Source: Patescibacteria group bacterium (GTDB taxonomy: Bacteria > Patescibacteriota > Minisyncoccia > UBA6257 > UBA9933). Taken from it: a stretch of 37,623 nt of DNA. The stretch covers positions 1-37,623 of the forward strand of contig JBBTPY010000003.1 of NCBI GenBank assembly GCA_038065955.1, written 5' to 3'. The translations under genes and the position numbers were made by a program. This document shows, in pieces, positions 19,170 through 28,669 of the stretch (positions within the stretch are counted from its first letter, which is position 1; each line of letters begins with the position of its first letter). Under the pieces are notes generated by a model. It ran no database searches and had not been told where the DNA came from. It worked only from the letters and a program-made list of their open reading frames with translations.

Positions 19170-20618
19170 ATGTTTAAAAAAAAGTTTTATATTACCACTC
19201 CCGTTTATTATGTTAACGCTCGACCGCATTTAGGCCACGCTTATACCACTGTTTTTGCCGATATTCTGGCGCGCTATCATCGCTTGAACGGCAAGCGCGT
19301 CTTTTTTTTAACCGGCATCGACGAACACGGCGCTAAAATTGAAGAAGCCGCGAAGCGAGCCGGCAAAGAGCCGAAAAAATTTTGCGACGAACAAAACGCC
19401 GTTTTTAAAAAAATATGGAAATTATTCAATATCAGCAATGACGGTTTTATCAGAACCAGTTCGGATTCTCATAAAAAGGCGGTAAGCCGGGTCTTAAAAA
19501 CATTGTTTAACAATGGATTTATCTATAAAGGCGTTTATGAGGGATTATATTGCGAGGGTTGCGAACAATATAAAAGCGAAAGAGATTTAGTCGACGGTAA
19601 GTGTCCAGACCATCAAAAAGAACCGGTTTTAATGAAAGAAGAAAGTTATATGTTTAAATTATCGGCTTTTGGAGAAAAATTAAAAAAAATAATCAATAAC
19701 GATAAATTAAAAATTAGGCCATTGGGGAAAAAGAAAGAAATTTTAAGTTTTTTATCCGGCGGACTTAACGACATTTCTATTTCGCGCAAAAATGTCAAAT
19801 GGGGCGTTTCTCTTCCTTTTGATAAATCTTCAACCGCTTATGTTTGGCTCGACGCATTTTTAAATTATTTGACCGGTATCGGTTGGAACGGCGATTTAAA
19901 AAATCTGCCAAATTTCTGGCCGCCTGACGTTCAATTGATGGCAAAAGACATATTGAGAGTTCATTTAAGCATTTGGCCGGCTTTACTGTTGGCTCTTAAA
20001 ATTTCTCTTCCAAAGATGATTTTCTCTCACGGATTTTTTACTTTAAACGGTTGGAAAATGTCCAAATCTTTGGGCAATGTCATTTGGCCGGAAGAATTGG
20101 CGGAAAAATTCGGCGTTGACGGAGCGCGATATCTTTTGATTTCGTCCCTGGCTTACGGCGCCGACGGCGATTTGTCTTTGGAAAAACTGGCGGAAAAATA
20201 TAATGCCGATTTGGCCAATGGTTTGGGTAATTTTACGGCGCGGGTTTTAACATTGGGTTCGCAAATCGGGAAAATTAAAATTTCCGGCCTTAATAAAAAT
20301 ATCGGTAAAAAAATTAAAGAAATCCAAAAAAACACGGACAAAAACATTAAAGAATTAAAAATTCAAGAAGCTTTGGCGGAAGTTTGGCGGTTAATTTCTT
20401 TCGGCGACGGCGAACTTAATAAAACCGAGCCGTGGAAAATTGAGGACACGGAATGCAAAGTCCGCGTTTTGTTTAATTTGATTATTTTATTAAGGAGCGT
20501 CGCCGAATTATTGAAGCCGTTTATTCCTCAAACAGCGGAAAAAATTTTTAGAAGCGTAAAAATTTCAGGGAAAACCATAAATATTAAAAAGGGCGGAATT
20601 TTATTTCCCAGAATTTAA
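19170..20618 (+). CDS. metG: Methionyl-tRNA synthetase, short form
   Basis: YITTPVYYVNARPHLGH, TGIDEHG, YVWLDA, KDILRVH, KMSKS. Confidence 0.97.
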   Translation: MFKKKFYITTPVYYVNARPHLGHAYTTVFADILARYHRLNGKRVFFLTGIDEHGAKIEEAAKRAGKEPKKFCDEQNAVFKKIWKLFNISNDGFIRTSSDSHKKAVSRVLKTLFNNGFIYKGVYEGLYCEGCEQYKSERDLVDGKCPDHQKEPVLMKEESYMFKLSAFGEKLKKIINNDKLKIRPLGKKKEILSFLSGGLNDISISRKNVKWGVSLPFDKSSTAYVWLDAFLNYLTGIGWNGDLKNLPNFWPPDVQLMAKDILRVHLSIWPALLLALKISLPKMIFSHGFFTLNGWKMSKSLGNVIWPEELAEKFGVDGARYLLISSLAYGADGDLSLEKLAEKYNADLANGLGNFTARVLTLGSQIGKIKISGLNKNIGKKIKEIQKNTDKNIKELKIQEALAEVWRLISFGDGELNKTEPWKIEDTECKVRVLFNLIILLRSVAELLKPFIPQTAEKIFRSVKISGKTINIKKGGILFPRI

Positions 20619-21406
20619 TGTTAATTGACGCTCATTGCCATCTTCAATTTCCGGCCTTTGATAGAGACCGCGATGAGACGATTCGGAGGGCTTTTAAAAA
20701 TAATATTGGAATAATAAACGCGGGCGCGAATAAGGAGAGTTCTAAAAAAGCGGTTGAATTGGCGAGAAAATATCCTCAAGGTCTTTGGGCGGCGGTCGGT
20801 TTGCATCCGACGGAAAAAGAGGTTTTTGATTATGAATTTTTCAAAAAACTGGCGTTGGATAAAAAAGTCATAGCAATAGGAGAGTGCGGTTTGGATTATT
20901 ATAGAATTAAGAATAATGAATTAGGAATTAGGAATTTACAAAAAGAAGTTTTTATTAAACACATAGAGCTGGCCAATGAATTAAAAAAGTCTTTAATGAT
21001 TCATTGCCGCGACGCGTTTGACGACTTAATAGAAATTTTAAAAACTCGTCTGCATTACGATCGCGCGATGGACGAGAAATTGGCGCCCGGCGTTCTTCAT
21101 TTTTTTACCGGCTCTCTCGATGACGCTAAAAAACTTTTGGCAATAGGATTTTATTTTACTTTCGGCGGTTTGATTACTTTTAACAGAAGTTTTGACGAAA
21201 TTATTAAATTTATTCCGTTAGAGCGGATTCTTTTGGAAACCGACGCGCCGTATGTGGCGCCAGAGCCGTATCGCGGTAAAAGAAACGAGCCGCTTTATGT
21301 CATTGAAATAGCGAAAAAAATGGCGGAAATTAAAAATGTTTCTTTTAATGAAGTGGCGCGGCAAACAACGGAAAACGCTTTGAATCTTTTTAAAATAGCC
21401 GGCTAA
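20618..21406 (+). CDS. tatD: TatD-family nuclease
   Basis: IDAHCHL, VGLHP, IGECGLDY, IHCR, LETDAPY. Confidence 0.93.
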   Translation: MLIDAHCHLQFPAFDRDRDETIRRAFKNNIGIINAGANKESSKKAVELARKYPQGLWAAVGLHPTEKEVFDYEFFKKLALDKKVIAIGECGLDYYRIKNNELGIRNLQKEVFIKHIELANELKKSLMIHCRDAFDDLIEILKTRLHYDRAMDEKLAPGVLHFFTGSLDDAKKLLAIGFYFTFGGLITFNRSFDEIIKFIPLERILLETDAPYVAPEPYRGKRNEPLYVIEIAKKMAEIKNVSFNEVARQTTENALNLFKIAG

Positions 21407-21433
21407 ATTAAGATTGTTTTCGGGCTGAAAATA

Positions 21434-21442
21434 TGATATAAT
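21434..21442 (+). promoter_or_regulatory. Extended -10 element upstream of gyrB
   Basis: TGATATAAT, identical to the element before glyS. Confidence 0.6.
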
Positions 21443-21473
21443 AATTTTAATTAAAACAGCATTTATTTTTTTT

Positions 21474-23444
21474 ATGCCTAAAAAATCCGTTAAAAAAGAA
21501 GAAATTTCAAAAAAAACAGAAAATAATAATGTTTCTTACGAAGCCAAAGACATTTATGTTTTGGAAGGTTTGGAGCCGGTGAGGAAACGGCCGGGGATGT
21601 ATATCGGTTCAACCGGCGTTGACGGCTTGCATCATTTGGTGTGGGAAGTTTGCGACAATTGTTTGGATGAAGCCATGGGGGGCCACGCTAAAAATATTAA
21701 GGTGGAAATTTTAAAAGATAATAAGGTCGCGATTACCGATGACGGCCGGGGCATTCCGGTTGATATTCATTCTCACACGAAAAAATCGGCGCTGGAAACG
21801 GTAATGTGCACTTTGCACGCCGGCGGAAAATTTGGCGGCGAATCTTATAAGGTCGCCGGCGGGCTTCATGGCGTCGGAGTTTCCGTAGTCAACGCTTTGT
21901 CAAAATGGCTACGGGTTGAAGTTTGCCGCGACAACAATCTTTATTCTCAAGAATATGAAAAGGGCAAACCGAAATACAGCGTTAAAAGAGAGGGAAAATG
22001 CGAACAGAGGGGCACAAAAGTTATTTTTAGTCCGGACACGGAGATTTTTTCCAATATTGAATTTGACCGAAAAAAAATTATTGACCATCTTCGTCAGCAA
22101 GCCTTTCTCACTAAGGGAATTAAAATTGAAATTATTGATGAACGCGAAGAAATTCCGTTTTACCGCGCTTTTTATTTTGAGGGCGGATTATTATCTTTTA
22201 TTGATTATTTAAATCGTTCCAGTCGGTCAATTCAAAAAGAGGCTTTTTACGTTAACAAGACTTATGAAAATATTGAGGTGGAAGCGGCTTTTATTTATAA
22301 CCAGGAAATTGAAATTAAAGAATTAAGTTTCGCCAATAATATTTATACGCCGGACGGCGGCATGCATTTAACCGGTTTTCGTTCGGCTTTAACCAGAACT
22401 TTGAACGATTACGCGAGGACGAATAGTTATATTAAAGAATCGGAAGAAAATTTTACCGGAGACGACGTAAGGGAAGGTTTGGCGGCGATTGTTTCGGTTA
22501 AACTCGGCGAACCTCAGTTTGAAGGCCAAACAAAAGCGCGTTTGGGAAATCCGCCGGCAAGAACGGCGGTGGAAGCGGTAGTCGCGGAATCTTTAAAAGA
22601 ATTTTTGGAAAAAAATTCCAATGACGCCAGAATAATAATTGAAAAGTGTCTTTTAACCGTTAAAGCCAGAATGGCCGCCAAGGCGGCGAAAGAAACGGTG
22701 TTGAGAAAAGGCGCTTTGGAAGGGATGACTTTGCCCGGTAAATTGGCCGATTGTTCCAGCCGTAATCCCGAAGAATCGGAATTATTTATTGTAGAAGGCG
22801 ATTCGGCCGGCGGTTCGTCAAAGCAAGCTCGCGACAGAAGAACTCAGGCGATTTTGCCTCTTCGCGGAAAAATTTTAAACGTTGAGAAATCGCGCATTGA
22901 TAAAATGCTTGCCAATAAAGAAATCCGTTCTTTAGTGGTGGCGATAGGAACGGCCATTGGCAAAGAATTTAATCTCGATAAATTGCGCTATCATCGAGTG
23001 ATTATCGCCACCGACGCGGATACCGACGGCGCTCATATTAGAACTCTTCTTTTGACTCTTTTTTATCGTTATTTCAAGCCGATTATTGAAGGCGGTTATC
23101 TTTATATCGCCCAGCCGCCGCTTTATCGGATTCAACTCGGAAAAGAAATAAAATACGCTTATAATGATTCAGCGAAAGAAAAAATTATTAAAGAATTACT
23201 TGCCGACGGCAAGCGTCAATTGTCAAATATCAATATTCAGCGTTATAAAGGTTTAGGAGAAATGAATCCCGAACAGCTTTGGGAAACGACAATGGACCCG
23301 TCTAAAAGAATATTGAAATCAGTGGCCATTGCCGACGCTCAAGAAACTGAAAAATTATTTGATATTTTAATGGGCGAGGTTGTCGAACCGCGAAAGCATT
23401 TTATCGCCAGCCATGCGGCAAGCGTCAGAAATCTTGACATCTAA
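21474..23444 (+). CDS. gyrB: DNA gyrase subunit B
   Basis: VRKRPGMYIGST, DDGRGIP, LHAGGKF, EGDSAGG, PLRGK, DADTDG, QRYKGLGEM. Confidence 0.95.
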   Translation: MPKKSVKKEEISKKTENNNVSYEAKDIYVLEGLEPVRKRPGMYIGSTGVDGLHHLVWEVCDNCLDEAMGGHAKNIKVEILKDNKVAITDDGRGIPVDIHSHTKKSALETVMCTLHAGGKFGGESYKVAGGLHGVGVSVVNALSKWLRVEVCRDNNLYSQEYEKGKPKYSVKREGKCEQRGTKVIFSPDTEIFSNIEFDRKKIIDHLRQQAFLTKGIKIEIIDEREEIPFYRAFYFEGGLLSFIDYLNRSSRSIQKEAFYVNKTYENIEVEAAFIYNQEIEIKELSFANNIYTPDGGMHLTGFRSALTRTLNDYARTNSYIKESEENFTGDDVREGLAAIVSVKLGEPQFEGQTKARLGNPPARTAVEAVVAESLKEFLEKNSNDARIIIEKCLLTVKARMAAKAAKETVLRKGALEGMTLPGKLADCSSRNPEESELFIVEGDSAGGSSKQARDRRTQAILPLRGKILNVEKSRIDKMLANKEIRSLVVAIGTAIGKEFNLDKLRYHRVIIATDADTDGAHIRTLLLTLFYRYFKPIIEGGYLYIAQPPLYRIQLGKEIKYAYNDSAKEKIIKELLADGKRQLSNINIQRYKGLGEMNPEQLWETTMDPSKRILKSVAIADAQETEKLFDILMGEVVEPRKHFIASHAASVRNLDI

Positions 23445-23462
23445 AGGGCCAATCACTATCAT
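23434..23462 (+). promoter_or_regulatory. Promoter of secE-nusG, likely leaderless transcript
   Basis: TTGACA-N17-TATCAT, 7 nt before ATG 23470. Confidence 0.7.
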
Positions 23463-23469
23463 ATCTTTT

Positions 23470-23655
23470 ATGATTTCTAAATTAATTTCCTATATTCAAG
23501 AATCTCGGCGAGAGCTTGAACGCGTTAACTGGCCGACAAGAAATGAAACCATTCGTTTGACCGTGGTGGTAATCGGAATGTCTTTGGCGGTGGCGTTTTT
23601 TTTGGGCGCGATAGATTTTTTATTTTCATTTTTAATGAAGTCATTTTTATTATAA
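23470..23655 (+). CDS. secE: Preprotein translocase subunit SecE
   Basis: ELERVNWPTRNE plus one TM; upstream of nusG; start set at ATG 23470. Confidence 0.93.
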   Translation: MISKLISYIQESRRELERVNWPTRNETIRLTVVVIGMSLAVAFFLGAIDFLFSFLMKSFLL

Positions 23656-23662
23656 AATTATT

Positions 23663-24232
23663 ATGGAACAAACAATTAATAAATCTCTGGAAATCAAAAA
23701 AAAAGGCGAACGCCATTGGTACGCGGTTCATACTTATGCCGGATATGAAGACGCCGTTTGCCGTTATTTGAAACAGAGGATTGAGGCGCTGGATATGAAA
23801 GACAGAATTTTTAACGTTATCGTTCCGAAAGAAAGAAAAATCAAAATTAAAAACGGTAAACGGAAAGAGGAAGAAGAAAAAATTTATCCGGGTTATGTTT
23901 TGGTTGATATGCTTATGAGCGAGGATTCTTGGTATGTGGTCAGGAATACGCCGCGAGTAACCGGTTTTGTGGGGGCCGATTCCACCGAGCCGACGCCGTT
24001 GTCAAAAGAAGAGGTTGAAGCGATTACGGCGCGAATGACCGCGGAAGGGCCGAAATTTAAAGTGGAATATAGCGTCGGAGAGACCGTAAAAATTATTGAC
24101 GGGCCGTTTAAGGAATATGAAGGTAAAATCAGCAATGTGGACGAAGAACACGGCAAAATCAAAGTAATGGTGTCTATTTTCGGCCGGGAAACGGCGGTGG
24201 AGCTTGATTCTCTTCAGGCGCAGAAAATTTAA
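23663..24232 (+). CDS. nusG: Transcription factor NusG
   Basis: WYAVHTYAGYE, YPGYVLV, VRNTPRVTGFVG, KOW (DGPF), FGRET. Confidence 0.98.
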   Translation: MEQTINKSLEIKKKGERHWYAVHTYAGYEDAVCRYLKQRIEALDMKDRIFNVIVPKERKIKIKNGKRKEEEEKIYPGYVLVDMLMSEDSWYVVRNTPRVTGFVGADSTEPTPLSKEEVEAITARMTAEGPKFKVEYSVGETVKIIDGPFKEYEGKISNVDEEHGKIKVMVSIFGRETAVELDSLQAQKI

Positions 24233-24263
24233 AGAGCAATCGCGAATACAAATAAAAGGTTTT

Positions 24264-27200
24264 ATGAATAAAATCATTAAAATATTCAAAACCAAGAACT
24301 CGCGTCGAAAGATTTTAACCGTGATTTTTTTGTTAATTTGCCTTACTTTTTTAATTAACACTGCAAACGCTCAGGAATATAATATCCCCGGCGCCATAGA
24401 AGGCGAAGGAACTCATTTTGAAATAACCGACAGCGAATATCTCAATATAGTTTTAGATAGCTCCGAATCAATTAAAATCAGAATGGAATCAATCCCGGAG
24501 ATGCTCACGATGATGATTGAGCCGGTTTCTTCATCAACGCTTTCAACACAAATAATTTTAAGCGATTTTGTCCCACAAAAAACATATTATAAATACCAAA
24601 ACGACTACCATAATCTAACCGAATTTACTGCCGATGAAAACGGCAGCTATTTTTATATTCAAGACCTGTTAAAACCTCACTTTGTTTTTATTCAAACCAA
24701 AAAATCCACAAAATTCATTTCTGACGACGCCACAGGCGGAGATTGCTATCTGATAGGAAATTGGGATTTAACAACTAAAACCTGCGTTTTAACCCAAGAC
24801 ATTTTTGAAGTAATCCAGATAGACAGTAATAATATTACGCTTAACGGGGACGGACATAAAATAACGGGAAATAATAATGGATTTGGTGTTTATCTTTATC
24901 AAAAAACAGGAGTTACGATTAAAAATTTAAATGTCCAAAAGTTTTTGTATGGAATTTATATTAGTTCTTCTAATAACAATATTTTGACAAATAATATCGC
25001 GTTGAATAATTTTGATGGAATTGTCCTTGACAAATCCTTTAATAACACTATTACAAATAACACCGCGTCAAATAATAACTACTTTGGAATTATCCTTTCT
25101 ATATCCAGTAATAATATTTTGACAAACAATATCGCGCAGGAAAACAGATATGATGACGTTTATATTGGAGCGTGGTCAGACAATCATTGTAATAATAGCA
25201 TTACAAATACTATTGGTTCGGGCGGCAGGCAAATTAAATATTTCAGTAGCGCGGTGAATTTGAGCAACGAAAACCTTTCCGAGTTGATACTGTGTAACGC
25301 CGATGGTTCAAATATAAACAACATTATTATTAACGGTTCGGCAGTCTTTAAAAATAATGGTTTGTTTTTAATATTAACGGATTCATCAATAATTGCGAAT
25401 ATAAATTCTTCTAATCATTATTCAGGAATCTATGTTTCACGGTCAAATAATAACACCTTAATAGACAATACAGCGTCAAATAACGATTATGACGGAATTG
25501 TCATTGATAATTCTTTTAACAACACCTTAATAAATAATATTGCGTCAAATAATAATCGTTACGGAATCCTTTTTTATCATTCCGGCAGTAATATTCTGAC
25601 AAGCAGTGCTATATTAAATAATTTTCATGGAATTTATTTTACTTCATCAAATAATAACCAAATCTACAACAATAATTTTATCAATAATCAAACGCAAATT
25701 AATGCTTATATCAGCAACAATATTTTTAACCTTTCATCGCCTATCGGCGGCAATTATTGGAGTGATTTTGACGAGTTAACAGAAGGCTGTATTGACCTAA
25801 ACAGTAATAATTTCTGCGATTTTTCTTATGTTTTTACTGGCGGGCAAGACAATTATCCTTGGACAATTCAAAATGGTTGGGCAACTAACCAACAGCCGAT
25901 TTTTTCAAATCTTAATCAATACAAATCTGACGGAGAAACGTTAATTAACGAAAGCGGGATAACAACAGAAGACACGGCTGTTTTCAAAGCGACCTTAAAT
26001 GACCCCGATAATGACCAAGCTAAACTTCAAATTGAATTAAAGGAATACAATCAATCTTTTGACGGACAGAATTTACTGGAAAGCGGGTTTGTCAATTCCG
26101 GAAGTGAGGCGGTTGTCAGTCGTTCGTTGTTGGTTGATGGTCAGTATCATTGGCGGGTAAGAGCAATAGACAGTCAGGGAAATGTTTCACAATGGCAGGA
26201 GTTTGGTATAGCGGGGAATGTTGATTTTGAGGTGAAACTTGTGCCGCTTTATACGCAGGGGTTATCACCGTATCCATCGTGGACAAAAACAGACGAATGG
26301 GACGGCCTTGATTATGCGAAGGGCGCCGCAGGCAATTACAGATGCGGATCAACAATTGCTCAATGCGGCTGCGGTATTACCTCTGCAGTTATGATAGGCC
26401 GTTATTATAAGATTACCGAAAGTATTGATAAAAATGATGTTAATCCAGGGACCATAAATAAATGGCTGAAAGATTATAACGGTTATCAACAAAGCGAAAA
26501 TAAACAAATAAACGGCAATATTAAATGGGATAAAGTAATTGAATATCTTGGTTTTCTTGATGAAAATGGTATTAAGATGAAACAATTAGAGTTGGCTTAC
26601 GACAAAACCACAAAAGATTTCTATAAATTCGGAAATTCAAAAATTGAAGAGTATTTACAATCGACAAAACCAATCATTGCCTTCAAAAAAGAAATCGGTC
26701 ATCTTTTCGTGATAGACGGAGAAATTTTTGATAGCGTAAATACTACCTCCACTTATACCATAAAAGATCCGGCGTGGTATAAAACTACTCGTCTTAATCA
26801 GCAAAAAACCTACGACCAAAACGGCAATGTGGAAATTCAAGGCTACGGAAACGTCTTTGCTAACGCCAGATTATTTGATTATCTCGCGGCGCCAAAGAAA
26901 ATAACCGGCTCAATTACTCTAATGCTCGGCTCGCCGGCAGAATTGTTAGTCACTGATCCTCAAGGAAAAAAATTAGGAAAAGATCCTATTACCAACGCTT
27001 TTTACGGTGAAATCCCTGATGGTTTTTATACCGCAGAAAGTATTTTATCTAGTGAATCGGAATTATCGGAAATACCTGATGCCACAAAAATTCTTTATAT
27101 TGCCGAACCTCTTTCGGGGCAATACAATGTAAAAATTATCGGCACAAACACTGGAAGTTATACTTTTGATTTATTAGTTTATGATGATAATGGTCAATCT

Positions 27201-27626
27201 TTAAGCGTCGTATCAGAAGGCATTACAGAATCCAATAATATTCAAACATTTGAATTAAATTATTCTACAACTACTACTCAAGAAACGGAGATTTATCGCC
27301 TCGTAGATATTGACATTAAACCAGGTAGCGATCCTAATAGTATTAATCTCAAATCCCAAGGCGTAGTGCCGGTGGCTATTTTAACTAACCAATTCTTTAA
27401 TGCCAAAGAAATTATTATTATAGATAGTGTGATTTTTGCCGGAGCTAAACCCGTAAGGGGAAATCTTGAGGATGTAGATAGTGATAATGATTTGGACTTA
27501 ATTCTGCATTTTGATACTCAATTTTTGAATTTAACCCCCGCCGATATTGAAGCCGTTTTAACCGCGAAATTAAATGATGGTGGATTAATTAAGGGCATTG
27601 ATCCCGTGAAAATAATTAAAAAATGA
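24264..27626 (+). CDS. Secreted protein A1: NosD/CASH beta-helix, Ig-like domain, C39-like cysteine peptidase, C-terminal beta domains
   Basis: Signal peptide ending ANA-Q from ATG 24264; GI.L..S.NN.. repeats; GCGITSAVM / GHLFVIDG / YTIKDP; SPAELLVTDPQGKKLG; VDIDIKPGSDPNSIN. Confidence 0.75.
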   Translation: MNKIIKIFKTKNSRRKILTVIFLLICLTFLINTANAQEYNIPGAIEGEGTHFEITDSEYLNIVLDSSESIKIRMESIPEMLTMMIEPVSSSTLSTQIILSDFVPQKTYYKYQNDYHNLTEFTADENGSYFYIQDLLKPHFVFIQTKKSTKFISDDATGGDCYLIGNWDLTTKTCVLTQDIFEVIQIDSNNITLNGDGHKITGNNNGFGVYLYQKTGVTIKNLNVQKFLYGIYISSSNNNILTNNIALNNFDGIVLDKSFNNTITNNTASNNNYFGIILSISSNNILTNNIAQENRYDDVYIGAWSDNHCNNSITNTIGSGGRQIKYFSSAVNLSNENLSELILCNADGSNINNIIINGSAVFKNNGLFLILTDSSIIANINSSNHYSGIYVSRSNNNTLIDNTASNNDYDGIVIDNSFNNTLINNIASNNNRYGILFYHSGSNILTSSAILNNFHGIYFTSSNNNQIYNNNFINNQTQINAYISNNIFNLSSPIGGNYWSDFDELTEGCIDLNSNNFCDFSYVFTGGQDNYPWTIQNGWATNQQPIFSNLNQYKSDGETLINESGITTEDTAVFKATLNDPDNDQAKLQIELKEYNQSFDGQNLLESGFVNSGSEAVVSRSLLVDGQYHWRVRAIDSQGNVSQWQEFGIAGNVDFEVKLVPLYTQGLSPYPSWTKTDEWDGLDYAKGAAGNYRCGSTIAQCGCGITSAVMIGRYYKITESIDKNDVNPGTINKWLKDYNGYQQSENKQINGNIKWDKVIEYLGFLDENGIKMKQLELAYDKTTKDFYKFGNSKIEEYLQSTKPIIAFKKEIGHLFVIDGEIFDSVNTTSTYTIKDPAWYKTTRLNQQKTYDQNGNVEIQGYGNVFANARLFDYLAAPKKITGSITLMLGSPAELLVTDPQGKKLGKDPITNAFYGEIPDGFYTAESILSSESELSEIPDATKILYIAEPLSGQYNVKIIGTNTGSYTFDLLVYDDNGQSLSVVSEGITESNNIQTFELNYSTTTTQETEIYRLVDIDIKPGSDPNSINLKSQGVVPVAILTNQFFNAKEIIIIDSVIFAGAKPVRGNLEDVDSDNDLDLILHFDTQFLNLTPADIEAVLTAKLNDGGLIKGIDPVKIIKK

Positions 27627-28660
27627 CGATGATCTATTCTAAAAAATTAATTTTATCAACATTATTTTTATTATTGGTATTAGGCGTAGCGGTTTATTAT
27701 GCGCCCATTCTTATTAAAAAAGAAAATCAAGATGTTGTTAAGAATGGTGGAGCTGCGCCTTCTTGTCTAAAAGAAAATCAAATGGCGATTTATGAAGAAA
27801 ATAATAAAGCGGCGGACATTATTATTTTAGATAAAATAAATAATCAAAAAACAGCTCATTTTTTTATAGATGGTATAATCCCAGATCATTATCACCCTTA
27901 TGAATTTTATAAATGCAAGGCTTATATTATAAGGCAGTTTAATTATGATTCAAAATTAGGGCGCGGAACTCCTAATTACAGCATTGAATTATGGTCCTAT
28001 AATTATACAGGAGAAGGAACAAGTACCCTTTTGTTTAGCAGAACAGACGATCGGGGTAATTATATATCTTTTTATAACGATGACTTTCGTATTAACTCAA
28101 TCGAAAATTATATCGTTTTAGAAAAAAGTTATCCCGGCAGTGATAATTATGCTTTAGTATTTAAGAATTTAGCTATTAAAGAAAACGCGTTCGTTTTGTT
28201 ATATAGAGATTTAACGAGTGAATATCCAAATCTTCAAGGAACTTTTGGATTAAAAGAATGGACCAAAGACGGCAAATACTTTTGGGCCAACTTATTTGAA
28301 GGCGCCAATGTCAACGCCTTTTTAAGAATTGAGAAAGACACTTGGAAAGTAGAAGTTTTACCGGCGCCGAAAGGCACGATGGGCGGAGACGTCTTAAACC
28401 CGGAATTTGGATATATTACTTATGATACGGGAATTCTTTGGACAGGTATTGATATTATCGCCGAAGAATTAGAAAAAGAATGGGAACAAGAAGGCAAAAA
28501 GAATAATTTTTATCTTTATAATCTTTTCACTAAAGAACAAATTCTTTTGGAAACCTTTAATGATCCAACTTGGTTTACCAAACCCCGCTGGCTTTCCGGC
28601 TTTGAGTTAGAATATCAACTTCCTTCTGGTGAAACAAAGATATATAAACTTAAAGATTAA
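27623..28660 (+). CDS. Membrane-anchored partner protein B1, unknown function (beta-rich)
   Basis: N-terminal TM; ATGA overlap with A1; paralog of 30538-31473. Confidence 0.75.
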   Translation: MTMIYSKKLILSTLFLLLVLGVAVYYAPILIKKENQDVVKNGGAAPSCLKENQMAIYEENNKAADIIILDKINNQKTAHFFIDGIIPDHYHPYEFYKCKAYIIRQFNYDSKLGRGTPNYSIELWSYNYTGEGTSTLLFSRTDDRGNYISFYNDDFRINSIENYIVLEKSYPGSDNYALVFKNLAIKENAFVLLYRDLTSEYPNLQGTFGLKEWTKDGKYFWANLFEGANVNAFLRIEKDTWKVEVLPAPKGTMGGDVLNPEFGYITYDTGILWTGIDIIAEELEKEWEQEGKKNNFYLYNLFTKEQILLETFNDPTWFTKPRWLSGFELEYQLPSGETKIYKLKD

Positions 28661-28669
28661 CTTATATTA

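Noticed and set aside
23380-24263. Longer starts for secE (23380) and A1 (24204)
   Set aside because: They overlap gyrB and nusG; ATG 23470 and ATG 24264 fit the promoter and the signal peptide.
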